Source: Amphiscolops sp. MND2022 (taxonomy: Eukaryota). From it: a stretch of 64,000 bases of DNA. A program made the translations under genes and the position numbers. Shown here piece after piece: positions 36,573-49,700 of the stretch. The notes beneath the pieces are model-generated. The model worked only from the letters and a program-made list of their open reading frames with translations, was not told the DNA's origin and did no database searches. The stretch is from the NCBI GenBank assembly GCA_964187785.1, contig OZ076412.1:27094001-27158000 (forward strand), given 5' to 3'. The stretch's first letter is position 1. The number at the start of each line of letters is the position of its first letter.

Positions 36573-37653
36573 TGTCATGACTATTGGTCATCCTATCGTG
36601 ACCTTCATCACTTGATTGGGAAACATCAGAGCAGAGTTCCCCCTAAAGTAGTTTCGTCTACTACTGCTGGCTAAAATGGGTATTGAGTTCGTTTTCCATG
36701 CCTTTCCAGTATTTTCCTCTTCGGCGGTCCTGTTTAGTCTACTGGACTTGTGGTCCACTTCATCCCGAAACACAGGATTTTGACTGGTCGTGGTATTACG
36801 GATATCAAGAAGAACCTTCTCACCAATACCTGAGTTTATGGTGTCTATTATCTGAGAATTTAAGTCTTTCCTTGATTCGTCCATTTGCTTGGAAAATTCA
36901 GAATTAACTAGCCTCATGGTCTCAACAGTTGATTCACTGTTCTTCTTTACTATTTGAGTTCAGAAGTGATCTGAAATCCTCACTGTTTTGAGCTACGTCT
37001 TCCCTAGTCCTATCAGACTCATGGTCCATTTCATCATTTCTATCTACAGAGTTACTTTCCAGTTCATTTCGTGAGTATGGACCCACTATTACATCTAGAT
37101 TTTTTGTATCAGACATCAAGTCTACTTGTCTAGAGCGTCTTTCCTTGGCTCTTTGTTTTCTAGTTGAAGACATTATAGAAATTTCCGTTCAAGCAATATT
37201 CTATTGCTAATTGGATTAGTATTGAACTGAAACAGAAATAGTAGCGTACAAGTATTGTAATGCAATTGGTATACACAATGAGGATGATGAGACTATTGGT
37301 CCGTTCTGATAACTGCAGTATTTAGCACGTGAATGCGAGAGTTGAATGTTGTCGGTTGTGTGTTAGCAATATAATGATCCTGGGAACCTCGGGTCCCTTG
37401 TATAAACACTTGGGAGGGCATGACAAGCATTTTTCCTGGTGTCAAGATCTAAATATAGCAACAAATTTAGGGTGAAATGTCCTTGCGGACTGTACGCCAT
37501 CTATATGTCATATTAAAAATAGCAATACTACATGACCTAATTCTAAAATTAGATAAGAAGGAAGTAAGGTGACGGCCCGCCTTTCAAGTCAAAATTCCCA
37601 TTGACAGCACTTGAGGGTCATATTGTTTACATAGATTAAGACTACTACAAACA
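36573..37653 (-). repeat. 5' LTR (1081 bp)
   Basis: Direct repeat of 24016-25098, followed on the minus strand by the PBS and gag. Confidence 0.9.
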
Positions 37654-39179
37654 TTACATGTAATTGCATAATACGGACCAGCGGTCCAATCGTCTAAGTG
37701 TGACTAGGTGAGTTAGCACATAAATGAATGAATGGATGCTGTTCTCTGATTCGGTAATTAGCATGCGGACTACGCGTCCGAATTGACCATTGCGGCGGAC
37801 AATTCGAACGCGTTTCTTTTCAATTTTGCAGTTGCTTCATCTATATTGTTTATATTTTGTCGGCAAATTAAAATATCTAACTACACTGGTTTACATGTGA
37901 GAATAATTATATGCTCAAAAATATATATACGAAAGTGCATAATAGACATAGAAGTCTTATAAGCGTAATAAAATAATACCATAATTTACATGACTTGTTC
38001 CGCAATAACATTCCAAATACAGGTCGCAGTTAGGCAAGTGGACCGTCGGTCCATAAGTATATAAATTAACACAAGATTAGTTTGTAATAGCTGAAAGTTT
38101 GTAGAGTTTTCTCTAATATGGACTGGTGGATGGCGCGTCTTAGAGCGGCAATACTCCAGGTAGTACGGGTAGATCATCGCAAGTGTTGGGAGCAACTTGA
38201 TACCAATTCCCATCGCAGGGGAGAAAATCGTGATTGAGATAAACTCAACTGTTATACTGTTATGATAAATTTCCTATATCGATTTCTTTCTCATCACATG
38301 GGCGCTAGGCTTCATCATTCTTTTTTTCTCAGAATTTCTCTCGAAGACTCTTTCATCCCAGCCGTAGGTGCGTAGAAAGGTCCCCGACTCATCCCACAGT
38401 CGATTACTTGGAACGAAACAAGGCTGATAATTGCAACTACGAGGAAGGATCTGTAGGGACGTCTATTAATTCTCACACGGAGCAACGGAGACGACCTTGT
38501 AAAAGTTGTCGCTGAGTACCCGTTTCAACATCCACTGTGTCATGCTACGAGCTGGTTTCATTGACCAAACCGCTGTTCCAAACTTTTTTGACAATTTAGA
38601 ATATTGATTAACCTGATAAATTACAAATTTATACGAAACATCATTATCATCACAACAAAGTATACCACAGTTGTTTCATAACTCTATCACTAACATAATT
38701 TTATTGTTTTGTTCAAACTGGGCTGTTTTTAAGCTGTCATCTCATTTCTGCCCTGGACCGCTCATGATATCTCTCTCCCTTTGTGTTTTATCAGAAATGA
38801 TGGTCTTCACGTTTCAAGATTGAGAAACACAATGTTCTCATCAATACTTTTCATCTAATCAGTATGTTTTGAAAATCTAATAATTACCCTCTTCAACAAA
38901 GGACAGACCAAGTATACTGTTCAATTTGCAACATTGACCGTCGCGGTGGCGGTGGTGCCAGCAGGCGCAACGTCCTTGTACATAAAAAGCAGTGGTCTGT
39001 CAGCTCCCAAAGATAACCACGCAATTTTTCTCTGCAAAACATGCATATCAGAGCGACCTGTGGAAAGCGGCGCGCAGGTGTCGACTCAGTCTAACCAACA
39101 CACTACGGAATTTCCACCAAAACCTGCAGACTTCTGGAAAGTTGCGACACTCAAACACTTGCCTGTCTCGTTGTTCTAA

Positions 39180-40330
39180 AATTGGATTTGATGACACCAA
39201 ACTCAAGATTGTTTAGGCAATCATTATGTACTATGTGATCCGGAAGTGACTTTGGGGTAGGTGTAACACGCGTAGGTTCTTTTATACCTTGATAACACCC
39301 GTTCAATTTCAAAGAGTTTAAATACTTATTACCAATCGCATATGTTCCAAGTGGATCGATATTCATGTCAACCACAAGAAAACATTTGCTCATCTGACAA
39401 AAAACTTCAAGAAGAACTTCGAAGTGCTCCAAAAAGTATGGTTTATAGACCGAGGGGGGATTGTATAAGCAAACTGCGTTAATTTTTTCCTTTATTAGAT
39501 CGGTACAACTAATTGTAATGTAATTCAATTTAATCCCATTGTCAAAGTCTATTATCTCGAAAGAGAGTGATTCATGGACGTATATTGTCACACCATCTGT
39601 AGTTTTTCCTGGTTGAATTTTCATTGGTGTGCAATTATCCAAGACATTAAGGGCTTCAGGGGGTGATTGATTCAACCATCCACATTTTTGTTGCAGCAAA
39701 CTAGGGTTTGTTTATTGGTTCCAAGATACTTCTATCAATCATTCCAATTCCTCAAAAAGTCGGTGGATTGATCGCATTTTTAGGTGCAGAATCCATTCGT
39801 TTTCAACCTTGTCAGTGGTAACAGTTTTACAAACTTTTTTCACGTTTGAGCTGTAATCTTTTTTTACTTTTTAGTGTATACGTGAGAGGGCCCCCTAACA
39901 ATATTGAAGCTCGTCTTGCAAGGAGGATATATGAAATCTGGATCCCATTCATATAGGTTGAATTCTCAAAAGTGTTTTAGATTAATCAGTTTTATAAATG
40001 ACTACATTCTCATTTAATCTGGCCAGGGATTTGATATGGACTCGCAATTTTAACGCTTTGGCTAATCGCGGCCTCAACAAAGTGATGTCGTCGTTGATAA
40101 AGGTTTTTTCTCCACAATAATTTGGTGAATTTGAGTTCGTCATTTGCCCACTTTTTTCTCTGCGTGCACATTTCACAATGATCTGCGCACTTCATCTTTT
40201 TTTAAGTTTCTGATTGGTACCGGGTGATATATGCTGATGTCTGTTTTTGAAAATTGGTGTCCCACTCTCATAGCAACCTCAACAAATTTTTGATAGACAT
40301 CCTCGTCTGCTTCTTCTTTCAATCCGAATA
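39180..40330 (-). mobile_element. Older LINE fragment (ORF1 C-terminus plus APE endonuclease) of the family that builds the array
   Basis: GVTIYVHE, CLYNPP, DMNID, EPTRVT and SLPDHIV APE motifs. ORF1-like KTFINDDIT. More diverged than the array copies. Confidence 0.8.
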
Positions 40331-40339
40331 ATCCGTTAG

Positions 40340-42380
40340 TTTTGTTCTTCTGTCTACCAGTTAGTCGATTCAATTCATTGAAAAAGCGTTTCGGTGAAAT
40401 TAAGAACTGGGTAAGTCAGCCATCGAAGTATTCTCGTTTCTTCGACCGCAGGAGTTCGCAGACGTGAGTTCTCAATTTCGTGTTTTTAGTTTTGTTAGAC
40501 GCAGTGCGATATCGCTTGTATCTGTTAAACGCAGAATTTTGTTTGAATATGCTTTTCTTCACAACTTTGACAAACCAAGAATTATTTGATTTTGCAAGCT
40601 TTATTTTGTCTTTGAAAGCGAAAACATCGATGGCTGTTGTGAGTGCATCAACCAGTCTTTCAGTTAACCTATTGACGTCCTCTTATAAATTTGAAAGTTC
40701 CAGACAATACCTTAAGTAGTTTGAGTAATTTTCGTTATGTTACCCATTTCGAAGGAATGGCATAGTTGCCCTAGTTTGTTGAGAAAGAAAGGATTGAGAT
40801 TTTGTTAAATCAAATTGGACATAAGTTAAATAATGATCTGTAACATTGGTTTTGATGACACCAAACACAAGATTGTTTCGGCAATCATTATGTACTATGT
40901 GATCAAGAAGTGACTTTGAGGTAGGTGTAACACGCCGAGGTTCTTTAATATCTTGATAACACCCGTTCAATTTCAAAGAGTTTAAAAACTTATTACCAAT
41001 CGCATATGTTTCAAGTGGATCGATATTCATGACACCAACAAGAAAACAGTTGCTCATCCGACAACAAACTTCAAGGAGAACTTCAGAGTGCTCCAAAATG
41101 TATGATTTATTGACCGAGGGGGGAATGTATAAACAAACTGCATTAATTTTTTACTTAATTATATCGGTGCAACTAATTACAATGTAATTCAAATTAATTC
41201 CACTGTATAGTCTATTATCTCGAAAGAGAATGATTCATGGACGTATTTTGTCACACCATTTGTAACTTTTCCTGGTTGAAAAATTCATTGGTGTGTAAAT
41301 ATCCAAGACGTAAAGGGCTTCAGTGGATGATTCAACCATCCACATTTTGGAGCAGCAAACAAGGGATTGTTTATTGGCTCCAAAATACTTCTATCAATGT
41401 TTCCAATTCCTCAAAAAGTCGGTGGATTGATCTCACATTTAGGTGCAGAATCCGTTCGTTTTCAACGTTATCAGAGGTAACATATTTGCAAAATTTTTTA
41501 CCTTTGCGCTGTAATTTTTTTACTTTTTAGTGTATAAGTGAGAGGGCCCCCTAACAATAAAGTAAGCTCGTCTTGCAAAGATGATATATGAAATTCGGAA
41601 CACATTCATGTAAGTTGAACAAAAGTCTCAAAAGTAATTTTATATTCATCAGTTTTATAAATGGCTACATTCTCATTTAACCTGGCCATGGATTTGATAT
41701 GGATTCGCAATCTTAACGCTTTGGCTAATTGCGGTCTCAACCAAGTGATGTCGTTGTTCATAAAGGTTTTCTCTTCACAATATTTTAGTGATTGTTTGTT
41801 CATATTTAGCCCACTATTTTTTCTCTGGGTGCAAATTTCACAATAGTGGGGCGCCCTTCATCTTTTTTCAAGTTTCTGAATGGGTACCCGTTGACATATG
41901 CAGATGTCTGTGTTTGAAATTTGGTGTCTCACTCTCATAGCAACCTAAACAACATTTTGATAGACATCCTCATCGGCTTCTTCTTTCACTCTGAATAATC
42001 TGACATTATATCGCCTTTCATACTGCTCGTTAGAATCAGCATTGAATAAGCTGGAAAGTTCACGAGTATTCGGGTCTTGCTCGAGGTCTTGAGACTGCTT
42101 CTGGCGAAGCTCTGAAAACTCAGTAGCTGCACAGACGCCACACAAAGAATGACGATTCATGAATCCCTTGGGTAGTCAGGGAGGGATCCACGCCACACAA
42201 CGCTTCCCGTTCTGCGCTTTTCCTATACTTTCAATCAGGTGTGATGAGCCCTCATTTCCATCTTGACTGGATGATGCTGTTCTAGTAGAAGACATGTTTC
42301 TCTGAATCTATTCATTAGGTTTATCACAACAATTAGGCTGCTCGTGTTGTGGGGGCTTGACAAAAAGGGTGGGGTTTTTT
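40340..42380 (-). pseudogene. Contiguous 5' half of a CR1/L2-like LINE (5' UTR, ORF1, APE, linker)
   Basis: ORF1 ATG at about 42296 (MSSTRTASS...CGVC...YNVRLFRVKEEADED...FMNNDIT). ORF2 start HLNVRSI at about 41450. APE C-terminus SLLDHIV. RT start (LSKVFE...QFG) is retained only in units 2-4. Confidence 0.8.
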
Positions 42381-42384
42381 GGGA

Positions 42385-43700
42385 TCAATTTCTTGTGTGA
42401 GCAAAAAGCGAGATCGAAATTGGATCGAAAATTTTGAGGTCGAATTGTTCCGTTTTTGCTAAGTTTTTGCTCCAGCAAAATGTTTGAATGCGTTTAAAAA
42501 GTTTTAGGTACTTTTCACTACCTAATATGGAGTCATATACGTTGGATGCACGGTCGCCCTCAACGTCGCAAAGACCAGCTCTCACTAGAATTGCTTCGCG
42601 ATCTCCGTTCCCGCTAGGTCGTAGCTCCTGCTCAACCTCGTTTAGCAATATGGGAAGATAAGCGGCCCCAAGGAGACGCGGGGCAGTACAAGAAATTGGG
42701 TCATCTCCGACAGCTCAAAACATATTCGATGAATTTTGACACGTCGAATAGTTAACGTCGAATCATAAGGTCGAAGAACAACGTTGAATCTAGTCGAACA
42801 TCCAATGTCGATTTATTGTCTAAATTATGTCGAATTTCAGTCGAATTTTTCATGTTTGTTTCATATAAAAATGGCTGATAATACCGCTACTAACTACACC
42901 AAGCAAACCTTTCCCCATCTAAAAAGAGTTCATATACGGTGTATGCACGCTCGTCCTAACCGTAGCAAGGACCAGCTCCCATTACGATTGCTTCGCGATC
43001 TCCGTTCCTGCTAGGTCTTAGCTCCTGTTCGACCTCGTTTTGCAAGATGGAAACATAAGCGGCCCCAAGGAGATACATAAGGGCAGTACAAGAAATTGGG
43101 TCTTCTCTGACGGCTCAAAACATATTCAATGAATTTTGACAGGTCAAATAGTTAACGTCGGATCATAACGTCGAAGAACAACGTTGAATCTAGTCGAACA
43201 TCCAATGTCGAAATTTTGTCTAAATTATGTCGAATTTCAGTCGAATTTTTCCTGTTTGTTTCATATGAAAATGGCTGATAATACCGCTACTAACTACACC
43301 AAACAAGCCTTTCCCCACATAATATGAGGTCATATACGGTGTATTCACGCTCGCCCTAAACGTCGCAAAGACCAGCTCCCAATTATGATCACTTCGCGAT
43401 CTCTGTTCCCGCTAAATCTTTGCTCCTGCTCGACCTCGCTTAGCAAGATGGGAACATAAGCGGCCCCAACGGGCCGCGGGGCACTAGAAGAAATGCGTGC
43501 ATATCTGAGGGCCGGAAACATTGTTATTTGCGACGCAAATGTCTTTTTGGTGATGTACCACTTGAATCGACGCAATTACTTTAACAAAGTCTTTCGACAA
43601 TGGGACTTCGACGCTTGGACGAAGTTTCAAATTCGACGGCAGGAATTCGACCTTATTATGGTTCCCTGTCACAAAGTGTGGAAGGTGTCGACACGCTACA
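42385..43700 (-). mobile_element. Composite MITE: three ~190-bp cores separated by GTCGAA-rich arms (period about 400 bp); repeated at about 45224, 48154 and 51130
   Basis: Cores at about 42530-42700, 42930-43090 and 43325-43495 are reverse complements of the cores at about 58545, 58875, 61775 and 63560. Confidence 0.75.
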
Positions 43701-46700
43701 AGCTGCAGAGCCTCCTTGCAGTGTCTGTAACGGTCCCGTGAAGATAAATTTGAAAACGTTGCTAACTGGAGGACTAATTTATAAAACAAAATACCGGGTC
43801 GCAAAGTACATGCTCGCCTATAAAACAGTATCACAATTGAGTTGCTCGTTATGGAATACTGATGGCTTGAGAGCCTCCCTTCTTCGCCGATTGCGCTCAT
43901 AGAGGACTGAGTAACCGTGTGTTCATGAGATCAACATCCGGATCAATTCTGAAATGTCCCCTAGTGCACGCAGTGTACTCATTTTTCATCTAATCCGAAC
44001 TGACGGTGCAACTAATTACAATGTAATTCAAATTAATTCCACTGTATAGTCTATTATCTCGAAAGAGAATGATTCATGGACGTATTTTGTCACACCATTT
44101 GTAACTTTTCCTGGTTGAAAAATTCATTGGTGTGTAAATATCCAAGACGTAAAGGGCTTCAGTGGATGATTCAACCATCCACATTTTGGAGCAGCAAACA
44201 ATGGATTGTTTATTGGCTCCAAAATACTTCTATCAATGTTTCCAATTCCTCAAAAAGTCGGTGGATTGATCTCACATTTAGGTGCAGAATCCGTTCGTTT
44301 TCAACGTTATCAGAGGTAACATATTTGCAAAATTTTTTACCTTTGCGCTGTAATTTTTTTACTTTTTAGTGTATAAGTGAGAGGGCCCCCTAACAATAAA
44401 GTAAGCTCGTCTTGCAAAGAGGATATATGAAATTCGGAACACATTCATGTAAGTTGAACAAAAGTCTCAAAAGTAATTTTATATTCATCAGTTTTATAAA
44501 TGGCTACATTCTCATTTAACCTGGCCATGGATTTGATATGGATTCGCAATCTTAACGCTTTGGCTAATTGCGGTCTCAACCAAGTGATGTCGTTGTTCAT
44601 AAAGGTTTTCTCTTCACAATATTTTAGTGATTGTTTGTTCATATTTAGCCCACTATTTTTTCTCTGGGTGCAAATTTCACAATAGTGGGGCGCCCTTCAT
44701 CTTTTTTCAAGTTTCTGAATGGGTACCCGTTGACATATGCAGATGTCTGTGTTTGAAATTTGGTGTCTCACTCTCATAGCAACCTAAACAACATTTTGAT
44801 AGACATCCTCATCGGCTTCTTCTTTCACTCTGAATAATCTGACATTATATCGCCTTTCATACTGCTCGTTAGAATCAGCATTGAATAAGCTGGAAAGTTC
44901 ACGAGTATTCGGGTCTTGCTCGAGGTCTTGAGACTGCTTCTGGCGAAGCTCTGAAAACTCAGTAGCTGCACAGACGCCACACAAAGAATGACGATTCATG
45001 AATCCCTTGGGTAGTCAGGGAGGGATCCACGCCACACAACGCTTCCCGTTCTGCGCTTTTCCTATACTTTCAATCAGGTGTGATGAGCCCTCATTTCCAT
45101 CTTGACTGGATGATGCTGTTCTAGTAGAAGACATGTTTCTCTGAAACTATTCATTAGGTTTATCACAACAATTAGGCTGCTCGTGTTGTGGGGGCTTGAC
45201 AAAAAGGGTGGGTTTTTTTGGGATCAATTTCTTGTGTGAGCAAAAAGCGAGATCGAAATTGGATCGAAAATTTTGAGGTCGAATTGTTCCGTTTTTGCTA
45301 AGTTTTTGCTCCAGCAAAATGTTTGAATGCGTTTAAAAAGTTTTAGGTACTTTTCACTACCTAATATGGAGTCATATACGTTGGATGCACGGTCGCCCTC
45401 AACGTCGCAAAGACCAGCTCTCACTAGAATTGCTTCGCGATCTCCGTTCCCGCTAGGTCGTAGCTCCTGCTCAACCTCGTTTAGCAATATGGGAAGATAA
45501 GCGGCCCCAAGGAGACGCGGGGCAGTACAAGAAATTGGGTCATCTCCGACAGCTCAAAACATATTCGATGAATTTTGACACGTCGAATAGTTAACGTCGA
45601 ATCATAAGGTCGAAGAACAACGTTGAATCTAGTCGAACATCCAATGTCGATTTATTGTCTAAATTATGTCGAATTTCAGTCGAATTTTTCATGTTTGTTT
45701 CATATAAAAATGGCTGATAATACCGCTACTAACTACACCAAGCAAACCTTTCCCCATCTAAAAAGAGGTCATATACGGTGTATGCACGCTCGTCCTAACC
45801 GTAGCAAGGACCAGCTCCCATTACGATTGCTTCGCGATCTCCGTTCCTGCTAGGTCTTAGCTCCTGTTCGACCTCGTTTTGCAAGATGGAAACATAAGCG
45901 GCCCCAAGGAGATACATAAGGGCAGTACAAGAAATTGGGTCTTCTCCGACGGCTCAAAACATATTCAATGAATTTTGACAGGTCAAATAGTTAACGTCGG
46001 ATCATAACGTCGAAGAACAACGTTGAATCTAGTCGAACATCCAATGTCGAAATATTGTCTAAATTATGTCGAATTTCAGTCGAATTTTTCCTGTTTGTTT
46101 CATATGAAAATGGCTGATAATACCGCTACTAACTACACCAAACAAGCCTTTCCCCACATAATATGAGGTCATATACGGTGTATTCACGCTCGCCCTAAAC
46201 GTCGCAAAGACCAGCTCCCAATTATGATCACTTCGCGATCTCTGTTCCCGCTAAATCTTTGCTCCTGCTCGACCTCGCTTAGCAAGATGGGAACATAAGC
46301 GGCCCCAACGGGCCGCGGGGCACTAGAAGAAATGCGTGCATATCTGAGGGCCGAAAACATTGTTATTTGCGACGCAAATGTCTTTTTGGTGATGTACCAC
46401 TTGAATCGACGCAATTACTTTAACAAAGTCTTTCGACAATGGGACTTCGACGCTTGGACGAAGTTTCAAATTCGACGGCAGGAATTCGACCTTATTATGG
46501 TTCCCTGTCACAAAGTGTGGAAGGTGTCGACACGCTACAAGCTGCAGAGCCTCCTTGCAGTGTCTGTAACGGTCCTGTGAAGATAAATTTGAAAACGTTG
46601 GTAACTGGAGGACTAATTTATAAAACAAAATACCGGATCGCAAAGTACATGCTCGCCTATAAAACAGTATCACAATTGAGTTGATCGTTATGGAATACTG

Positions 46701-49700
46701 ATGGCTTGAGAGCCTCCCTTCTTCGCCGATTGCGCTCATAGTGGACTGAGTAACCGTGTGTTCATGAGATCAACATCCGGATCAATTCTGAAATGTCCCC
46801 TAGTGCACGCAGTGTACTCATTTTTCATCTAATCCGAACTGACGTCGATAAAAAAGATTGTATACTTGCATGAATTTATACAGTCTCTCGAAAACTACCC
46901 ATTCAAAAACTTTGCTCAGAACCGATAATGATTCGTTGACAAGGTAGGTCAGTCTATCACAAATTGCATCAAGACTAACCTCTAGAGTTTCAGCAGTTAG
47001 CACATCTAATCCGGCTGCTTTTAGGTTTTTAAGATTCCGTTCAATTTTGAGATTTCCAGGGAATCAGTTGGATAGAAAAAGAGAGACTTCTCATAATTAG
47101 CTAATCGTTCAGTAGTGATTGGATGAGTGGGAATTGAAGCGGCTAAAGTTTAGCTTTTTGAAACGAAATCATCTGTGTTATGAAAATATTGTTCTTCTTC
47201 CTACCAGTTAGTCGAATCAATTCATTGAAAAAGCGTTTTGGCGAAATCAAGAACCGGGTAAGTCAACCATGAAACATTCTCGTTTCTTCGTCCGCAGGAG
47301 TTCGCAGACGTGAGTTCTCCTTTCCGTGTTCTTAGTTTTGTTAGACGGAGTGCAATATCGCTTGTATCTGTTAAACGCAGAATTTCGTCGGATTATGCTT
47401 TTCTTTACATCTTTGACAAACCACGTTTTATTTGAATTTGCCAGCCTTACTTTGGCTTTGAAAGTGAAAACATCGATGGTTGTTGTGAGTGCATCACCTA
47501 GTCTTTAAGTTAACCTATCGACGTCCTGTTATAACTTTGAAATTTCCAGACAATGCCCTAAGTAGTTTGGGTATTTCTCTTTATGATACCCTTTTCGAAG
47601 GAATGGCCTTGTTGCGCTAGTTTGTTGAGAAGGAATGGATTGAGATTTTGTTAAATCAAATTGGACATAAGTTGCATAATGATCTGTAGTATTGGTTTTG
47701 ATGCGTTTTGAACCTCAACAACGTTTTGATAGACATCCTCATCGGCTTCTTCTTTCACTCTGAATAATCTGACATTATATCGCCTTCTATACTGCTCGTT
47801 AGAATCAGCATTGAACAAGCTGGAAAGTTCACGAGTATTCGGGTCTTGCTCGAGGTCTTGAGACTGCTTCTGCCGAAGCTCTGAAAACTCAGTAGCTGCA
47901 CAGACGCCACACAAAGAATGACGATTCATGAATCCCTTGGGTAGTCAGGGAGGGATCCACGCCACACAACGCTTCCCGTTCTGCGCTTTTCCTATACTTT
48001 CAATCAGGTGTGATGAGCCCTCATTTCCATCTTGACTGGATGATGCTGTTCTAGTAGAAGACATGTTTCTCTGAATCTATTCATTAGGTTTATCACAACA
48101 ATTAGGCTGCTCGTGTTGTGGGGGCTTGACAAAAAGGGTGGGGTTTTTTGGGATCAATTTTTTGTGTGAGCAAAAAGCGAGATCGAAATTGGATCGAAAA
48201 TTTTGAGGGCGAATTGTTCCGTTTCTGCTAAGTTTTTGCTCCAGCAAAATGTTTGAATGCGTTTAAAAAGTTTTAGGTACTTTTCACTACCTAATATGGA
48301 GTCATATACGTTGGATGCACGGTCGCCTTCAACGTCGCAAAGACCAGCTCTCACTAGAATTGCTTCGCGATCTCCGTTCCCGCTAGGTCGTAGCTCCTGC
48401 TCAACCTCGTTTAGCAAGATGGGAAGATAAGCGGCCCCAAGGAGACGCGGGGCAGTACAAGAAATTGGGTCATCTCCGACGGCTCAAAACATATTCAATG
48501 AATTTTGACAGGTCGAATAGTTAACGTCGGATCATAACGTCGAAGAACAACGTTGAATCTAGTCGAACATCCAATGTCGAAATATTGTCTAAATTATGTC
48601 GAATTTCAGTCGAATTTTTCATGTTTGTTTCATATAAAAATGGCTGATAATACCGCTACTAACTACACCAAGCAAACCTTTCCCCACCTAAAAAGAGGTC
48701 ATATACGGTGTATGCACGCTCGTCCTAACCGTAGCAAGGACCAGCTCCCATTACGATTGCTTCGCGATCTCCGTTCCTGCTAGGTCTTAGCTCCTGTTCG
48801 ACCTCGTTTTGCAAGATGGAAACATAAGCGGCCCCAAGGAGATACATAAGGGCAGTACAAGAAATTGGGTCTTCTCCGACGGCTCAAAACATATTCAATG
48901 AATTTTGACAGGTCGAATAGTTAACGTCGGATCATAACGTCGAAGAGCAACGTTGAATCTAGTCGAACATCCAATGTCGAAATATTGTCTAAATTATGTC
49001 GAATTTCAGTCGAATTTTTTCTGTTTGTTTCATATAAAAATGGCTGATAATACCGCTACTAACTACACCAAACAAGCCTTTCCCCAGATAATATGAGGTC
49101 ATATACGGTGTATTCACGCTCGCCCTAAACGTCGCAAAGACCAGCTCCCAATTATGATCACTTCGCGATCTCTGTTCCCGCTAAGTCTTTGCTCCTGCTC
49201 AACCTCGCTTAGCAAGATGGGAACATAAGCGGCCCCGAGGGGCCGCGGGGCACTAGAGGAAATGCGTGCATATCTGAGGGCCGAAAACATTGTTATTTGC
49301 GACGCAAATGTCTTTTTGATGATGTACCACTTGAATCGACGCAATTACTTTAACAAAGTCTTTCGACAATGGGACTTCGACGCTTGGACGAAGTTTCAAA
49401 TTCGACGGCAGGAATTCGACCTTATTATGGTTCCCTGTCACAAAGTGTGGAAGGTGTCGACACGCTACAAGCTGCAGAGCCTCCTTGCAGTGTCTGTAAC
49501 GGTCCCGTGAAGATAAATTTGAAAACGTTGGTAACTGGAGGACTAATTTATAAAACAAAATACCGGATCGCAAAGTACATGCTCGCCTATAAAACAGTAT
49601 CACAATTGAGTTGCTCGTTATGGAATACTGATGGCTTGAGAGCCTCCCTTCTTCGCCGATTGCGCTCATAGAGGACTGAGTAACCGTGTGTTCAAGAGAT

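Larger units (their letters stand above)
35462..37173 (-). pseudogene. gag: gag starting inside the 5' LTR, with two CCHC knuckles
   Basis: ATG at 37173 lies about 600 nt inside the LTR. The frame reads ...NSHD|MVTGANPTP... across the LTR end and PBS. Knuckles CNYCKKPGHVKDDC (35707-35748) and CPPCDKTNHPSERC (35596-35637). Confidence 0.85.
24016..37653 (-). mobile_element. Giant (~13.6 kb) Ty3/Gypsy LTR retrotransposon with ~1.08-kb LTRs and an antisense accessory gene
   Basis: Two same-orientation LTRs, about 90-94% identical by eye, bracket PBS-gag-pol and a 5.4-kb extra region. Both LTRs share the same frame-breaking lesions. Candidate 4-bp TSD ttcc/ttac matches 3/4. Pairing of the LTRs is inferred. 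Confidence 0.72.

Noticed and set aside
38936-39150. DRRGGGG-type APE endonuclease fragment on the plus strand
   Set aside because: Only one short motif matches and the following sequence does not continue as APE, so it is too weak to annotate.
43455-43495. Hairpin plus CTAG as the true 3' end of a Helitron
   Set aside because: Homology between copies continues past CTAG (A(G/A)GAAAT...CATATC), and complete elements have TIRs and TSDs. Kept only as a motif in the modular-MITE finding.
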